From an uncultured Planctomycetota bacterium (GTDB lineage Bacteria > Planctomycetota > Planctomycetia > Isosphaerales > Isosphaeraceae), in assembly GCA_963737655.1 (NCBI GenBank), contig CAVTTN010000002.1:736001-800000 (forward strand): 64,000 nt of DNA, given 5' to 3'. Shown piece after piece: positions 47,993 to 59,900 of the stretch. The position numbers and the translations under genes are program-made. The first letter of the stretch is position 1; every line of letters starts with the position of its first letter. A model generated the notes under the pieces. The model did not search any database. It saw only the letters and a program-made list of their open reading frames with translations, and was not told the DNA's origin.

Positions 47993-50900
47993 TCATTTTT
48001 CAATGAATGACCCTGGCGGGGGCAGAGTGCGCCTCGCCGGTCGTGGGCCCCGGGGATGGCTCGTCGCGATCTTGATGGAATGGGTCAGCAGCCGGGAAGG
48101 ATTCTTCAGGTGATGGCCTCGAAGGACGAGATTCCCCGGGCCGACCTGGGTTGATCCGTCGCTGCCGGGATGGCCATTCGCCGCGCCGTCCATGAGGAGT
48201 CCGGAGGAACCGGCGACTCCGAGCTTGCCGGTTCCTCGGATGAGCAGCTCGTAGAGACGGTGGACGTTGAGGCGGTGCCGGGTTCTCAAGGTCACGGTCG
48301 TCGTGGCCGCGTCGTAGGTCGCCGAGGCCATCGCCATCGGGCTCGCCTCGCGTCTCAACGGCGTGCCGTCGGACTTCAGCGCGATGATGCCATAATTCGA
48401 TGGATCGCTGGCGCGGCCGGGATCGAGCGGGCCGTTGAAGGTGAGCGTCAGCCGCGTCCGCTGCCCGTGAATGCCGAAGCGGTCCACTTCGAGGAGGAGA
48501 GGGCCGTCCTGGCCGACCGGCGACACCGTCGGCGGCCCCACGATCGGCGCCTGGCCGACCGGAGAGACCGTCGGCGGGCCGGTGATCGGCATCTGGCCGA
48601 CTGGCGGGACCGTCGGCGGCCCGGCGATCGGCCCGTCGTTCCCGGGGCCACTCGCACCCGGCGTGCCGCCGAGCACGGGCGTCACGGCCACGTTCGCCGT
48701 CGAGGCGGCGGTCGCGGCGGACCCTCCCGACTGGACGATCGTGACGGTCGTCGCGAACGTCCCCGCGTGGGCATAGAGGTGGTCGCCGGTCACGAGGTAG
48801 CCGGCGGCGGCGGCGGAGACCGAGCCGGCCGAGGCCGCCGTGCCGTCGCCCCAGTCGATCGTGGCCGCGAAGCCGGACGCGGCGCCTCCGTCGTCCTGCG
48901 TGAAGACGGCCACGGGGACGGCGACCAGGGCGATCCCTTCGACCCCGACGATCGTCACGCCGCGGGCGAGGATGGCCGGGACGATCACGTCGGCCGTGCT
49001 CCGTGCCGTCGCCGAGGCCCCGCCCAGGTCCGCGATGGTCACGAGGACCGCGAACGACCCGGCAACCGCGTAGGTCCTGGTGCCGACGACATCGAACCCT
49101 TGCGCGGCCGGATCGGCGGCGATCGTGCCCGCGGAATGGGTGCCGTCGCCCCAGTCGATCGTGGCCGAGTAGTCGCCGACCCGGGCCGAAGGGTCGGCGT
49201 CGGTGAAGGACGCGATCACGCCCGAGAATGGCACCCCACGAGAGGCATGAACGGCGATGCCCTGGGCCGTGATGGGCAGGTCGGTCACCGTCGCGCCGGT
49301 CATCGCGGACGCCGTGGAGCCGGCCTGATCGACGATCGTGACGATCAAGGCGTACGCACCTGCCACGGCATAAGTGTGATCGCCGATCGCCGCGAAGCCG
49401 CCTCCGGGAACGGCCTGGATCGTCCCGGGCGAGTCGGTGCCGTCGCCCCAGGCGACATCGGCCGTGAAGTCGCCGATCGAGCCGGAGGGGCCGGCGTCGG
49501 TGAAGGTGGCGACGACCCCGGTGAACTCCGTCCTCTCGGTCGCGAGGATCGTGGTGCCGAGGGCGGAAAGCGGCGGGACGACGACCGCGGAGACGATGCC
49601 GGTCGTCCTGGCCGAGGCCATCGAGCCGCCGGCATCGGCGATCGCGACGACCACGGCGTAGGCGCCCGCCTCGGCGTACGTGTGCGTGCCCGTCACGTCG
49701 AACCCGCCGCGAGCATTCGCCGCGACCTGGCCCGGGGAGGTCACGCCATCGCCCCAGTCGATCGTGGCTGAGTAGTCGCCGACCCGGGCCAGGGGGTCGG
49801 CGTCGGTGAAGGTGGCGACCACGCCGGTGAAGCCGACGTTCGGGGCCGCGGCGATGGTGGTGCCGATGGCCGAGAGCGGCGCGTCGGCCACTCTCACGAG
49901 GTCGGGTACCGTGGCCGGTGAGTTCAGGAGCACGGTCACGTCGTTGCCGGTTCCGACCACCAGGTCCGGCGCGCCGTCGCCGTTGAGGTCCGTCACCGCC
50001 AGAGATGAGGGGATGCCGTTCAATGCATAGATGATCTCGGGCCCGAAGGTGCCGTCGCCGTTTCCGAGCAGGACGCTCACGCCCCCGAACCCCGCGCCGC
50101 TGAGGTTCGCCTGGTCGGCGATCGCGACCCCGAGCTTGCCGTCGCCGTTGAAGTCGCCCACGACCAGGGCCACGGCCCCCGACCCGGCCAGGACGGTCGC
50201 GAGCGGGGCCTGGAACGTCCCGTCTCCGTGGCCCAGCAGCAGATACATCACCTGCGGGGCGATCGTGGCCCCATAGCTCGCGGCGGGGAAGACGACGACG
50301 ATGTCGGGCTTGCCGTCGCCGTTGAAGTCGCCCACGGCGACCAGGGGGGCCGCGTCCTGGACCCCACGCATCGGGAGCGGGATCTCCGCCTCCGTCGCGA
50401 ACGAGCCGTCGCCGTGACCGATGAGCACTCCGACGAAGGCGAGCTGGGCCGTGAGCAGCGCGGTCGGGACGGTCTCTCCCCGGGCGGTCACGAGGTCGAG
50501 CTTGCCGTCGCCGTTGAAGTCGCCCGCCGCGATCGTCCCGGACACGCCCGGGAAGTTATTGCCGAGGGCGGGGTCGGTGGCGGAGAAGATCGGCTCCTGG
50601 AACGTGCCGTCCCCCTTGCCCACCGCCACGTAGACCGAGTTCTGGAGCTGGGAGATCGACGAGTAGCCGTCCAGCGCCGCCAGGTCGGGCTTGCCGTCGC
50701 CGTTGAAGTCGCCGACCACGAGGTTGCTGCGGCCGCCGAGGTCGGGGAACTGGATGGGCGGCTGGAATGTCCCGTCGCCTTTGCCCGCGAGCAGTGCCAC
50801 GTTGGTGCCCGCCTGAGCCGCGTTCGTGGTCACGATGTCGGCCTTGCCGTCGCCGTTGAAGTCGCCAACCGCGACCCCTTGCGGACTGTGGGGGCTGGCA

Positions 50901-53900
50901 TAGGCGGGCGACGGGCCGACGAGGAACGCCGAGGCGGCCTCGAACGTGCCGTCGCCGACCCCTTGGAGCACATCCACGCCGGTGGACCCATAGTCGCCCG
51001 ACGAGGCGACGTCGAGGAACGTGGAGGCGAGGTCCAGCTTGCCGTCGCCGTTGAAATCGCCGATCGAAAGGCCGAAGGGAGCGGAACCGATGTACTCGCC
51101 GATCGGGGCGAGGAACGTGCCGTCGCCTCGGTTCGCCAGGATCCGGAGCTGGTCGCCGACGACCTCGACGAGGTCCGCCTTGCCGTCATGCCGGAAGTCG
51201 CCCGCCATCAAGACGTAGGGGATGGGGCTGGAAGTGGAGGTGGGCGGGCCGGGGGGGTACGTCGCGGGGGCGCCGAAAGTCCCGTCGCCGAGGCCCAGCA
51301 ACACCACGGTCGTCGAGTCGTAGCGAGTATAGGGAGAGGCCAGGTTGCCGAGTTCCTCGACCGCCAGGTCGAGCTTGCCGTCGCCGTTGAGGTCGGCCGC
51401 CGCGATCGACAGGGGCATCATGTCCGGGAGCGAGAGCGACGGGGCCTGGAACGTCCCGTCGCCGTTGCCCAGGAGGATGGCGAGGCCGGAACCGACGGAG
51501 TAGGTTTGCGAGCCGTCGTTCAGCCCGCCGAGCCCCGCGACCAAATCGAGCTTGCCGTCGCCGTTGAGGTCGGCCAGCGCGATCGGGCCGGCCGTCGCGG
51601 CCCCGGCGACGATCGCGGGGGCCTGGAAGGTCCCGTCCCCAAGACCCAGGAACACGATCGCCCCGACCAACGGGCCGGTCGCCACGAGGTCGAGCTTGCC
51701 GTCGCCATTGAGGTCGCCGGCGGCGAGATGCGAGAAGTTGGCATCGGCGTCGAAGCTCGCGGCGGCCCCGAACGTGCCGTCGCCCAGGCCCAGGAGGATG
51801 CTCACGCCCTGCGGGGTCGCGACGGCCAGGTCGGGCTTGCCGTCGCCGTTGAAGTCGCCGACCACCACGGCGGTCGGGGGATACAGGCCGGGGACCGGGT
51901 AGTTCACGCCCGGCGAGAAGGTGTCGTCGCCCCGGCCGAGAAGGACGGCCACGCCGGCGCCCAGGAGCACGACGTCCAGCTTGCCGTCGCCGTTGAAGTC
52001 GCCCGAGGCGATCCTCACCGAAGCATTGTTGTTCACGGCGATCGGCGCGGCCGTGAGGGTGGGTTGCGCGGCGAGGTAGGTACCGTCGCCGGCCCCTTTC
52101 AGGACGCTCACCGCGTCGTCGGCAGGGTCGATCGCCGTCAGGTCGGGCTTGCCGTCGCCGTTGAAATCGCCCGCCGCGATCGCGCCGTACTGGGTGCCGT
52201 TGGAGGCGATGCCGGACCCGGCGGCGAAGGTGCTCGCCGTGACGAAGCCGGCGCCCGTGCCGAACAGGACCTCGACGCTCCGGCCCCCGAGCAAGGCGAT
52301 GTCGGGGCGGCCATCGCCGTTGAAGTCGGCGGGGGAGATGGCCGCGTAGGATGCTTGCACCGACGGGAAGTCGCGGATTGGCCCGAACGTGCCGTCGCCG
52401 GCACCCGCGATCAGGGCCAGCGGCTCGAAGCCGAAATTGGCGACGGCCATGCCGTCCGCGCCGACCAGGTCGAGCTTGCCATCGCCGTTGAAATCGCCCG
52501 CCGCCGCCGGCACGAAGCCGTTGGAGGCGGGATAGGCCAGGGGTGCGGCGAACGTGCCATCGCCGGCGCCGAGGAACACGCCCTGGCTGGTGGCAATGTC
52601 CAGCTTGCCGTCGCCGTTGAAGTCGCCCGGGGTCACGTCCATGCCGGGGGCCACGGCCAGGGCCGCCCCGAACGTCCCGTCGCCGAGACCGAGCAGGAGG
52701 CTGGTCAAGGTCCCTCCGTGAGTGATGAGGAGGTCGGGCTTGCCGTCGCCGTTGAAGTCGCCGACGTGGATGGCGCTCTCATAGCCCAGGTTGAGGTAGC
52801 GCCGCGAGGGCGCGCCAAACGTGCCGTCGCCCTTGCCGAGGAGGATGCTGAAGCCGCCGCTGTAATCGACGATCCCGGCGGCGTGGGCGATCGCCAGGTC
52901 GAGCTTGCCGTCGCCGTTGAAGTCGCCCACGGCGACGTAGCCGAGGAGGGTCGAGTCCCCGAAGGTGATCGCCGGCCCGAATGTGCCGTCGCCGTTGCCC
53001 AGGAGGATGCTGTTGTTGGTCGCGATGTCGAGCTTGCCGTCGCCGTTGAAGTCGCCCACGACCACGTTGACGGAGTCCGAGCCGACGGGATAGCTCACCT
53101 CCGGCGCGAAGGTCCCGTCGCCGTTGGAGAGCATCACTTCCACCCCGATCGTGGCCGTCCCGTACGCGTCCGGGAGGCCGCCGAGCGCCACGAAGTCGGC
53201 CTTGCCGTCGCCGTTGAGGTCGGCGATCGTGAACGCACCCGACGGCCCGCCGCTCAGGTTGGCCGTCGGGGCCTGGAACATGCCGAGCTTGGCGGGCGTG
53301 GCCACGGTCGTGCTGCCCCCGGCGTCGCGGATCGTGACCTGGACGGTGAACGTGGCCGGACCTCCGTAGGTGTGGCTTCCCGTCACCTGGAAGCCACCGC
53401 CCGGCCTCGCGGCGACGACCCCGGCCGAGGTGGGCGAGCCGTCGCCCCAGTCGATCGTGGCCGAGAAGTCGCCGACCGAGCTGCCCGGGTTGGCGTCGGT
53501 GAACGTGGCCACCACGGCGGTGAACGGCGTGTTCTCGACGGGATTGATCGGCAGGGCGATCGCGGCCAGCGGCGCATCGAGCACCACGGCCGAGGTGCTC
53601 ACGACGGCTGTCGCGGCCTGGGCCACCTGGTCCACTCCGAGCGGATAGGTCGTGGCGAAGGTGTCGCCGTCCGGACCGATCGCGATGCGGACGACCGAGC
53701 CGCCCGGATCGGTGGTCAACTCGGCCGTCAGGCCGTCGGCGGCCCGCAGTTGGAGGGCGAACGTGCTGCCGAACGACCCGTGATCCGGCTTCGATAGCGC
53801 GTCTCCCGAGACCGTCACGTCGAAGCTCAGGCTCGTGCCGAAGGTGAAGCCTTGCTTCGTCTCGCCGAAGGGCGAATTGTTGTGGAGGTCCAGGGTCGCC

Positions 53901-56900
53901 GGGAGCGTCCCTCCGCCGACGCTGGACAGGTTCGAGAGGAGGACGTCCGCCGACGACGACCCGGGCACGGCGGCGGCGTTGAACTGGAAATCGAGGAAGC
54001 CGGTGGAACCCGCGATCGCGGTCGTATCGACCACGACGTGATAGGTGACGTGACCCACGGCGTCGATGGCCGCCGAGGAGCTGGCGGCGGAATGGATCGT
54101 GCCGTCGGGCGCTCGCACGCTCACGCGGATCTGGTCCTGGCCTTCCTCGGCATAGGTGTGCGTGCCATCGACGGTGAACGCGCCGTCGCCGGTGGCCAGG
54201 ATGCTCCCGGCCGAGGTCGTGCCGTCGCCCCAGAGGATCGTGGCCGAATACTGGCCGGCCGTGCTCGCGTCGGTCTCGGTGAAGCGGGCGACGGCGCCGG
54301 TGAACGCCTCGCCCTCGGTCGCCTGCACGGGCAGGTCGAAGACCTGCAAGACGCCGGCACCCTGCGCGTTGATCCGCTCGACGAACGCATCGTCTCCGGG
54401 ATTGCCGAAGAGGCCGGTATAGGCCGGCTGGGCGGCGTCCAGGGTCCGCAGGTCGGTGGACGCGGTCTGGCCGGTGACGAAGACGTCCCCTGCCGAGTCG
54501 GCGGCGATCCCGTCGCCGGAGTCGTCGCCGTTGCCGCCCAGGTAGGTCGAATATAGCAACCCCGATCCGCCCGCCTGGATCCCGGCGACGAAGGCATCGG
54601 TCTTCCCCGAGGTGCCGTTGACGTCGGTCCCGCCCTGGGTGGCGGATTGCAGGGCGTGGGCGATCGGGAAGTCGAGCGAGGCGGTCTGCCCCGTGACGAA
54701 CGCCTCGCCGGCCGCGTCCACGGCGATGCCGTTGCCCTCGTCCGCGTCCTGGCCCCCGAGGTACGTGGAATAGACCAGGGCCGCGCCGCCGGCCTGGATC
54801 TCGGTCACGAAGGCGTCGCCGATCCGGTTCGGATTGACGGCGGGGAGGAGGTCTCCCGGGTGCGATTGCAGGGCGTGGAAGGTGGGGAAATCGATCGACG
54901 TGGTGCTGCCGGTGATATAGGCGTTGCCGGAGGAGTCCACGGCGATGGCCCGTCCGGAGTCATGCGCGCCATCGGCCGGAAAGACGCCGGTCGTGCCGCC
55001 GAGGTAGGTGGAGTAGACCAGCCCCGCGCCGCCGACCTGGAACTCGGTGACAAACGCGACGGCATGGCCCCCGTCGTCCACGCCGGGGAACGTCGCCTGG
55101 AACGCGTTGAGCGTCGGGATGGCGGTGTCCGTGGTGCCGGTGATGTAGGCGTGCCCGGCCGGGTCCACGGCGATCCCGCCGACCTCATATCCGCCGAAGT
55201 AGGTCGAGTACACCAACGCCGAGCCGGTGGGGTTCAGCTCGGTCACGAAGACATTGCCGGGGGTCGTCTGATACGCATTTTTCAAGGGAAAGTTGGCCGA
55301 TCGGGTCGTGCCCGTCACGTAGGCGTCGCCCGAGCCGTCGATCGCGATGCCAAGGCCCTCGTCCCCCTGACCGCTGCCGCCGAGGTAGGTCGAATAGAGG
55401 AGCTTCGAGCCGCTCGGGTCGAGCTTGGCCACGAACGCGACGAACCCGCCCGGGGCCACGGGTTCGAAGACTCCGCCGGTCGTCGGGAAGTCGGCCGAGG
55501 AGGTGTAACCCGTGACGTACGCGTCCCCGGCCGCATCGACGGCGATCCCCAGGCCGGCATCGCCCCCGCTGCCGCCCAGGAAGGTGGAGTAGACGAGGTG
55601 GCCCGAGGGGTCGAACTTGCTCACGAACACGTCGTTGCTGGAGAAACCCGTGCCGGTGTCGGCCGGCTGGAACGGCAGGAACGTCGGGAAGTCGTGCGAG
55701 GCGGTCGTGCCCGTCACGTAGGTATTGCCTGCGGCGTCCACGGCGATGGCGTTGCCGCTGTCCACGCCGCTCCCGCCGAGGTAGGTCGAGTAGATCAGGA
55801 CCGGGTCGATCACCAAAGGGCGCGTCCGGTCGTAGACCCCGACGTGGAAGCCGACCTGGCCCGACCCTTCGAGGACATACCCGCCGGTCACGGCCTGGCG
55901 GACGCCGTTGACCTCCTGGTAGATCACCGGGGCCTGCTCGGTGACGTCGCCCGCGGCGGTGTGCAGGACGAGGTCGCCCTCGGAGTCGAGGTCCATGCCG
56001 TACGCCCCGGAGAACCCGAGCCGGATCGCCCCGGGGTCGGCGGCGGGGGCGAGCGTGAAGTTGTATTCCAGGCCGCCGTCGCGGTCGAGGTAGTCCAGGG
56101 CGATCCCGGGATAGACCTCCTCATATTCGACCCGGCCGAACCGCGGGACCCCGACCTGCCATGGATTGGACGACCCGTTCATGTAATTCACCGCGCCGGA
56201 GAGCTGATCGAGCCCGACCACCTGGGGCGAGGCGTTGGCGTCCACCAGCCGCAAGTCGAGGAGGGTGGGCGCCGGCGAGGGCGATCCCACCACTCCCGAG
56301 GGCGGCGTCGGCAGGCTGAGGATGGCCTCGGTCGCCGTGAGCGAGAGGCTCGAATCGGCCGTGCGGGACAGATACAGGACCCCGACGGGCGCCTGGCCCT
56401 GGTTGGCCTCGAACCCGCGAGGGGGGGCCGCGGGGTCGTCCGGCGGGCTGTCGAAGGCGAGCACGGTATAGGTGAAATTCCCCAGGCCCGCCGGGAACGT
56501 GAATGGGACCAGGAAGCCGGGGGTCGTCTGGCCCCTCTGGAGGGCCAGGGCGATCGAGGGAGCGACCCTCAGGAACACGTCGCCGGAGGGTAGCACCGTG
56601 GCACCCACCGGCGTGACTCCGGCAGGCAGGCCGCGGAAGTCCAGGTCGATCGGCAGCGGAATATCCACGGCGCTCGCGTTCGTGATCGTGAGCGTGTCGA
56701 ACCGGATGATGCCGTTGGGGCCGTTGACCGGTCCGGCCACGTCGATGACCCGGACCTGCGGCGAGATCTCGGGCGTGGAGAGGATCGTGATCGGGGCCGA
56801 GGCCGTCCCGCCGGTGTCGTCGGTCAGGGTGACGGTCGCGTGGAGCGTCCCGGATTTCGCGAAGGGGTGGTCGCCCGAGACGGTGATCGTGTCGCCCGAG

Positions 56901-59900
56901 AAGGCCAGGACGCCCGACCCGGGGGGCGAGCCGTCGCCCCAGTCGATCGTGGCGACGTATTCGCTCTTGCCGACCTCGATCCCGCCCGGGATGGTGAACC
57001 TGGCGAGCTCCAGGCTGCCGGGATCGATCCCCTGGAAGACCTCGACCGTGGGCAGGGCCGGGAGCGCCACGGGCGGCGAATCGATCACGACGGCCGTGCT
57101 CGCCCCGAGGATCTGAGGGCTTCCGCCCAGGTCGCGGATGGCCACCGTCACGGGGAAGTCGCCCTCCTCGGCATAGGTGTGCGTGCCGGAGACGAGGAAG
57201 CCGTCGTTGAAGCTCGGCGCCAGCTCGAACAGGGGGCTGGACGAGAGGTCGGGCGTGCCCGGGCCGAAGGGGACCTCGTACAGGGTCGCCGCCCCCCCCC
57301 CGGCGATGGCGTAGAACCGGTTCGCCACCGGGTCGTGGAGGTCGTAGGCCAGGCCGCCGGTGAAGCCGTCGCCGAGGAGGAACTCGGGCGTGACCTTGCC
57401 CCCGACCGGGTCGAGGCGGACGAGGGTGGACACGCCCCCGGAGTCGTTGCTCACGGCGTAGAACGAGCCGTCGGCGGCATCCCAGGTCAGGCCGGTGAAC
57501 CGGGCCGATCCCAGGGCGAGGACCGGCGTCACGGCGTGGTCCACGCCGATGGAGTCGAGGGTCGATGCGCCGGTCGAGTCCGTGTCAATGGCGTAGAGCT
57601 TGAGGTCCGATTGGTCGTACGCCAACCCGCCGCGGAAGCCCAGGCCCAGCACGAAGTCGGGGGTGAGCAACCTCCCGTCCAGGGGGTCGAGGTCGATGAA
57701 ATCCAGGGTGGATACACCGGCCGCATCATTGGAGATGGCATAGAAGTACACGTCCTGCCCGGAGGACGAGGGGAGGGCCGCCAGGCCGCCGTCAAACCCC
57801 GGCCCGAGCTTGATCAAAGGCTTGACCTTGCCGTCCAGGGTCGCCTGGTAGAGATATGGGATGCCGTCGTCCGCGATGTTGGCCGGGTTGAATTTCACGG
57901 CGTCGTAGTTGCCGACCGCGAACAGCGTCCCGGACTCCGCGCCGATGGTCAGGCCCGTGCTCCCGCTGGCGGAGATGATGCCCCTGTCGGGGAGGCTCCC
58001 GTCGCCCCAGTCGATCGTGTCCGCGTAATCGCTCACCATCCCGCCCGGGTCGGCGTCGGTGAAGGTGGCGACCACGCCGGAGAAGACCTGCCCCTCGATC
58101 GGCCTGAGGGCCTTGCCGGTCGCTTTCAGGATGTTGTCATCGACGTCGACTTCATCGGTGACGGAAGTCGTGGCCCCGCCCACGTCCAGGATCGTGACCT
58201 TGAAGGTGAACTTCCCCTCCTCGGGGTAGGCATGGGTGGCCGTGACCTTGAACCCGCCGCGATCATCGGCCGCGATCGTGCCCGGCGAGGGGTCGGTCTT
58301 GTCGCCCCAGTCGATCGTGGCCGAGAAGTCGCCGGCCTTGCCGTTGGGGTCGGCGTCGGTGAAGGTGGCGACGACCTCGGTGAAGGCCTCGCCCTCGTCC
58401 GGGTTCACGTCCACGGCCTTCGCGGTCAGCGGCGAATCGGCCACCCGGGCCACGCCGAAGGAGCCGGAGGCGACCTCGAATTGCGGGGGGGTCGGGTTCC
58501 CGGCGAGCTCGGTGCTGTTGTCGGCCCAGGCGGGCGTGAGCACTCCGGCGAGGAAGGTCAGGCCGGTGTTGGTCCCGTACTGGGCGCTCATCCCCGACGC
58601 ATCCAGGAGCGGGTCGGCCGCGTTGGAGAGGCCGGTGCTCACCGCCTGGTTCGGCGAGAACGTCAGGCCGCCGTCGCCGCTGATGGCGACATAATATTTC
58701 GCCTTCAGGCCGAGCAAGTCGTCGCGGGTGTCGTACCAGCCGACGGCGACCTCGCCGTTGGTCGGGTCCACGGCCAGGCTGGGCAGGAATCGGCTGGCGG
58801 TGGTCACGGCGACGTCGTTGACGCGGACCGGGGCGGACCAGTGGAGGCCCGAGTCGTCGGACGAGCGGACATCGATGCTCGTCGCGGTGCTCCCGACCGA
58901 GGGGGCGTCGGTATACACGAGGTAGACTCGGCCCCGGCGGGGGCCGTTGCTCAGGTCGTAGGCCAGCGCCGCCCCGGCCGTAATCCCTCGCTGGGATTGG
59001 GCGGGGATCGTGGTGAACGACGTGACCCGCGTGTCCGCGGCCGGCCGTGTCGGGCCGAACGCCGCCGGGCCCGGGCCGTCGGGATCGAGGCTGGTCGAGA
59101 TCGAGTCGATTCCCGCCATCGCGCCGGGCTTCTGCACGAGGGCCAGGACCTGCCCGTTGGGGCCGACGGCGATCGCGCCGAAGTTGCGGTCGCCGGTGTC
59201 CGGCACCACCTCGACCCCGGCGGCCTGGACGTTGGCCAGGTGCAGGCCCGTCGTCGTGAAGGCGAACGGCCGGAACTGGTCCAGGTCCAGGTCCTTGGCC
59301 GAGACCCACACGCTGGCCGTCGCGGCGACGGGACCCGGGCCGGTGGCGATCATCGGAGGCCCGACCCCGGACGCTCCGCTGGAATGGGCCGCGGCCAGCG
59401 CCTCGAAGGTCAGGCCGCCATCGTCGCTGTAGACGACCACGATCGCGTCGTCGGCCTCGTCCACGTACGCCAGGAACAGGTTCCCGAACTGGTCGAAGAC
59501 CGCCCGGGGGGAGCCGAGGGCCTCGGGCAGCGAGTCGGTCCCGTCGGCGATCACGCGTGACTTCCAGATCGCCCCGCCGTCGGTGCTGGTGGCCACCAGC
59601 AGGCCGAGCGAGCCGTCGACGTTCGACGCCAGGAACCGATGCGACGGCGTGGTCGGGTCGGCGGCGGTCGTCTCGGAGTTCTCGTCGCCGGGGTGGACGC
59701 TGGCATCGTTGGCGTTGGTCGCGGACAGGTCGTCGGCGGGGTCGTTGATCGTGACCACGATCGGGAATCCGCCCGTGCCCAGGTAGGTGTGAGACCCGGT
59801 GACCTGGTACAGGCCGGCCGAGGTCTGGGCGATCTGCCCGGCGGTCGGGGGCATGCCGTCGCCCCAGTCGATCGTGGCGGTGAAGTTCACGGCGTTCAGC

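Noticed and set aside
49920..53285. Recurrent TTGCCGTCGCCGTTGAAGTCG DNA repeat as a non-coding array or DGR template
   Set aside because: It is the coding sequence of the FG-GAP motif (GDFNGDGK), with irregular spacing; no reverse transcriptase or adenine-specific variant pair is present.
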